Below are positions 23,705 through 25,761 of a DNA stretch of 25,761 bases, one piece after another. Source of the DNA: a virus (lineage: Duplodnaviria > Caudoviricetes); the IMG/VR virus record IMGVR_UViG_3300018073_000026, positions 1 to 25,761 of that record. One strand, 5' to 3'. The notes beneath the pieces were generated by a model. That model was given only the letters and a program-made list of their open reading frames with translations, was not told the origin of the DNA and searched no databases. The position numbers were made by a program, and so were the translations under genes. The stretch's first letter is position 1; the number at the start of each line of letters is the position of its first letter.

Positions 23705-24127
23705 ATGAGCGGACATGGACACGTCACCCCAAACCCCGATGGCAGCAAGGCTCGCTGCGGCGGCCCGGCGATCTGCTCGCAGTGCGCCAAAGAGGTCGGC
23801 GCCCGCTACGGTCGGCTCGTCGCCGCGATGGAGCAGATCCGCTCGGCCCCGCACGTCGGTACGTCCTGGCGGCAGCGTTACGAGGAGTGCGTGAAGATCG
23901 CCAACGACACTCTCGGCCCTGACGGGCCTCGCTCACACAACGATGACTGTGATGGCTGCGGCACTCCCGCCGACGCCGCACGCATACGAGGGCATGTGGC
24001 CGGCGGCTTCGGCGCGATGGCGGTGGCCGACACGATCAGGAAAGGCGGCACCGTCGAGATCCCGTCACTGGGCATCACGCTGACGAAGCGGGATCTACAG
24101 AAGGACGACGACCAGAAGGCTGACTGA
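23705..24127 (+). CDS. Hypothetical protein with Cys/His motifs
   Basis: AGGAG RBS; HGHVTPNPDGSKARCGGPAICSQC; HNDDCDGC. Confidence 0.75.
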   Translation: MSGHGHVTPNPDGSKARCGGPAICSQCAKEVGARYGRLVAAMEQIRSAPHVGTSWRQRYEECVKIANDTLGPDGPRSHNDDCDGCGTPADAARIRGHVAGGFGAMAVADTIRKGGTVEIPSLGITLTKRDLQKDDDQKAD

Positions 24128-24156
24128 CCTAAAGCCCCATATGTACGGAGGTACAG

Positions 24157-24432
24157 ATGGCGATTCTCTGCACCCTGCGAGGAGGCAGGCACGAGTACCG
24201 ACGGGAGCCGGCAGGCGACCTGTGGTGCTTCCAGTGTCGGAAGCGGCTCCCGCACGATCACGTCCTGATGGGCGGCCCACCACCACCTGAATGGTCGTCC
24301 GACATGGTCTGGAACATGGAGTCGTTCCAGGCGTGGCTGGATGAGGGATACGGGTACTACGAGCCGCAATGGGATCGGCGCTGCTCAGGATGCGGGCAGG
24401 ACAATACGGCGTTCCCAGGCCATGTCCTGTGA
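24157..24432 (+). CDS. Zn-ribbon hypothetical protein
   Basis: GGAGGT RBS; WCFQCRKR...H...RCSGCG. Confidence 0.75.
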   Translation: MAILCTLRGGRHEYRREPAGDLWCFQCRKRLPHDHVLMGGPPPPEWSSDMVWNMESFQAWLDEGYGYYEPQWDRRCSGCGQDNTAFPGHVL

Positions 24433-24460
24433 CCGACCTATCTGGGATTTTCGGAACCAC

Positions 24461-25615
24461 TCACGAGGGCTGCGGATGCAGCGCCCTGAGCGCAGCGGCG
24501 ACGTTCGCCACGCCGCGCGACAACCCGTCGAGGTCGCGGGCGTAGTCGACGCTGGCGACGCCCAGTCGGGTCTCTAAGTCCTGGATGTACCGCTGCTGCG
24601 CGGCGATCTGGGCCAGCAGCTCCTCGGGCGGCGGCGGCACGGGCGTCGGCGGCGGTATCGGCGTCGGGTCGGTGATGAGCGTCTGCAAGTCGGGATGGTC
24701 GAGCGTGACCGCGCTCCAGGAGCCCCGAGCGTCGAACTGTGACCGCGTCATCTCCTGGTTGATCCCGGTATACCCGGCGGCAGGATTCGCCAGCAGCAAC
24801 ACACCGCGCTCGGCATCGTAGCCCCGCAGCCCCGACCAGTGCCCGCCCGCGCCCCAGCGCCGACCGCCGATCAGCATCGGGCAGCGCTGGCTTTCCTCGG
24901 CTAGCGCCTCGAACGCGACGGGGCTGACGCTGGCAGAGGTGAACCCGTCCTCGCTGTAGTGCCGCTCCAGGAACGCTGACAGCCCCGCGCCGCTCGCGTC
25001 CATCAGCCCCAGGCTGACGCTCATCACGCCTTCGGCGATCATGGTCTGGGTGAGCCAGTGGTCAGTCGGACGGCGCCCGACGCTCCACAACGCCCATTCC
25101 GTCGAGTCCTGGCTGCAGTCGAAATCGCTGTCTTGTGGGTGTGGCGGCTCACTCGGCTCGTAGACGACCTTCGGCAGTGGCACCGAGCCACCCGTCTCGT
25201 AGTCCCACACCTCGTCGTTGGCGTTCCACGGCACCTGGCGGTCAATGCCCATGAAATCGGTTATGCCGACCGTGGCCGCCCCATACCACGCATTCCAGCC
25301 CGAGGCCCGGGCGCGGTTCAGCCCGTACCGCGCCGCGTCGCGCCACGCCGCGGGCTCCCCAGGCGCCCAGCCCGTCAAGCTGGTGAACCCGTTGCCCATG
25401 CCGGCCGTGTGGCCCCAGGCGGAGTAGCCGTTGCCGCCATAGTGGAGCTGGAGCGCCCACCAGCTTTTCCCGCTGTACCACGGCGGGCCGCTGAAATCCC
25501 CCAGCCGCGCGGGCTCGGTCACGCCGCCCTCGGTCTCACAGACGCGGACGGCGATGTCGGGGTTGATCCCCCGCGCTGCGGACGCCTCGCGGATGAACGC
25601 CTCGATCTCGGTCAT
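24461..25615 (-). CDS. Endolysin: lysozyme/SLT-like domain plus C39-like cysteine peptidase and coiled-coil tail
   Basis: IREASAARGINPDIAVRVCETEGG...LQLH...GWNAW; QDSDFDCS...GHW...GYD...LANP; PTPIPPPTP linker. Confidence 0.75.
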   Translation of the reverse strand: MTEIEAFIREASAARGINPDIAVRVCETEGGVTEPARLGDFSGPPWYSGKSWWALQLHYGGNGYSAWGHTAGMGNGFTSLTGWAPGEPAAWRDAARYGLNRARASGWNAWYGAATVGITDFMGIDRQVPWNANDEVWDYETGGSVPLPKVVYEPSEPPHPQDSDFDCSQDSTEWALWSVGRRPTDHWLTQTMIAEGVMSVSLGLMDASGAGLSAFLERHYSEDGFTSASVSPVAFEALAEESQRCPMLIGGRRWGAGGHWSGLRGYDAERGVLLLANPAAGYTGINQEMTRSQFDARGSWSAVTLDHPDLQTLITDPTPIPPPTPVPPPPEELLAQIAAQQRYIQDLETRLGVASVDYARDLDGLSRGVANVAAALRALHPQPS

Positions 25616-25761
25616 ACCGCAGCCTCGTCGACCACCGGCAGCGCCGGGAGCGGCTGATGCCCCGAGCGCGGGTAGCGAAACGGGTCGATCGTCGACAGGT
25701 ACGTCTCCAGGCGGTCGACGCGGCCCTCCAGCGAGCGGAGGTGCGCGAGGCCGGCCTCGGC
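25612..25761 (-). CDS. 3' end of hypothetical protein upstream of endolysin
   Basis: Open frame ...LRSLEGRVDRLETYLSTIDPFRYP...EAAV* with ATGA overlap onto the lysin. Confidence 0.65.
   Translation of the reverse strand, partial: AEAGLAHLRSLEGRVDRLETYLSTIDPFRYPRSGHQPLPALPVVDEAAV

Overview
GC-rich (roughly 70% by eye) segment of a temperate HK97-type tailed phage, with most genes on the minus strand. In transcription order (right to left) it contains: an endolysin (lysozyme-like plus C39-like peptidase domains); a small rightward accessory operon; an XRE regulator; a large serine integrase; a cI/cro-like switch; early genes (minimal PolX, OmpR-type winged-helix/Zn-finger protein, RecT-like annealing protein, replication initiator, ParB-like protein, 3D-domain protein, VRR-NUC); a ParB-methyltransferase fusion and a PLP fold-II enzyme; terminase small and large subunits; a portal-MuF fusion; GT2 and GT4 glycosyltransferases; a Com-like Zn finger; the prohead protease; a Pro-rich peptide; and the major capsid protein. 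Phage genes flank the integrase on both sides, so this looks like the non-integrated (attP) form. The main leads are: (1) a glycosyltransferase/Com cassette inside the head operon, together with a structured protease leader that has no adjacent Shine-Dalgarno (SD) sequence; (2) a four-copy promoter/29-30 nt hairpin/RBS cassette, three copies of which carry an antisense -10; (3) a candidate attP inside the integrase 3' end; (4) a methyltransferase-PLP enzyme pair; (5) repeated K-A candidate maturation sites. All product calls come from recognising motifs by eye. No database searches were run.
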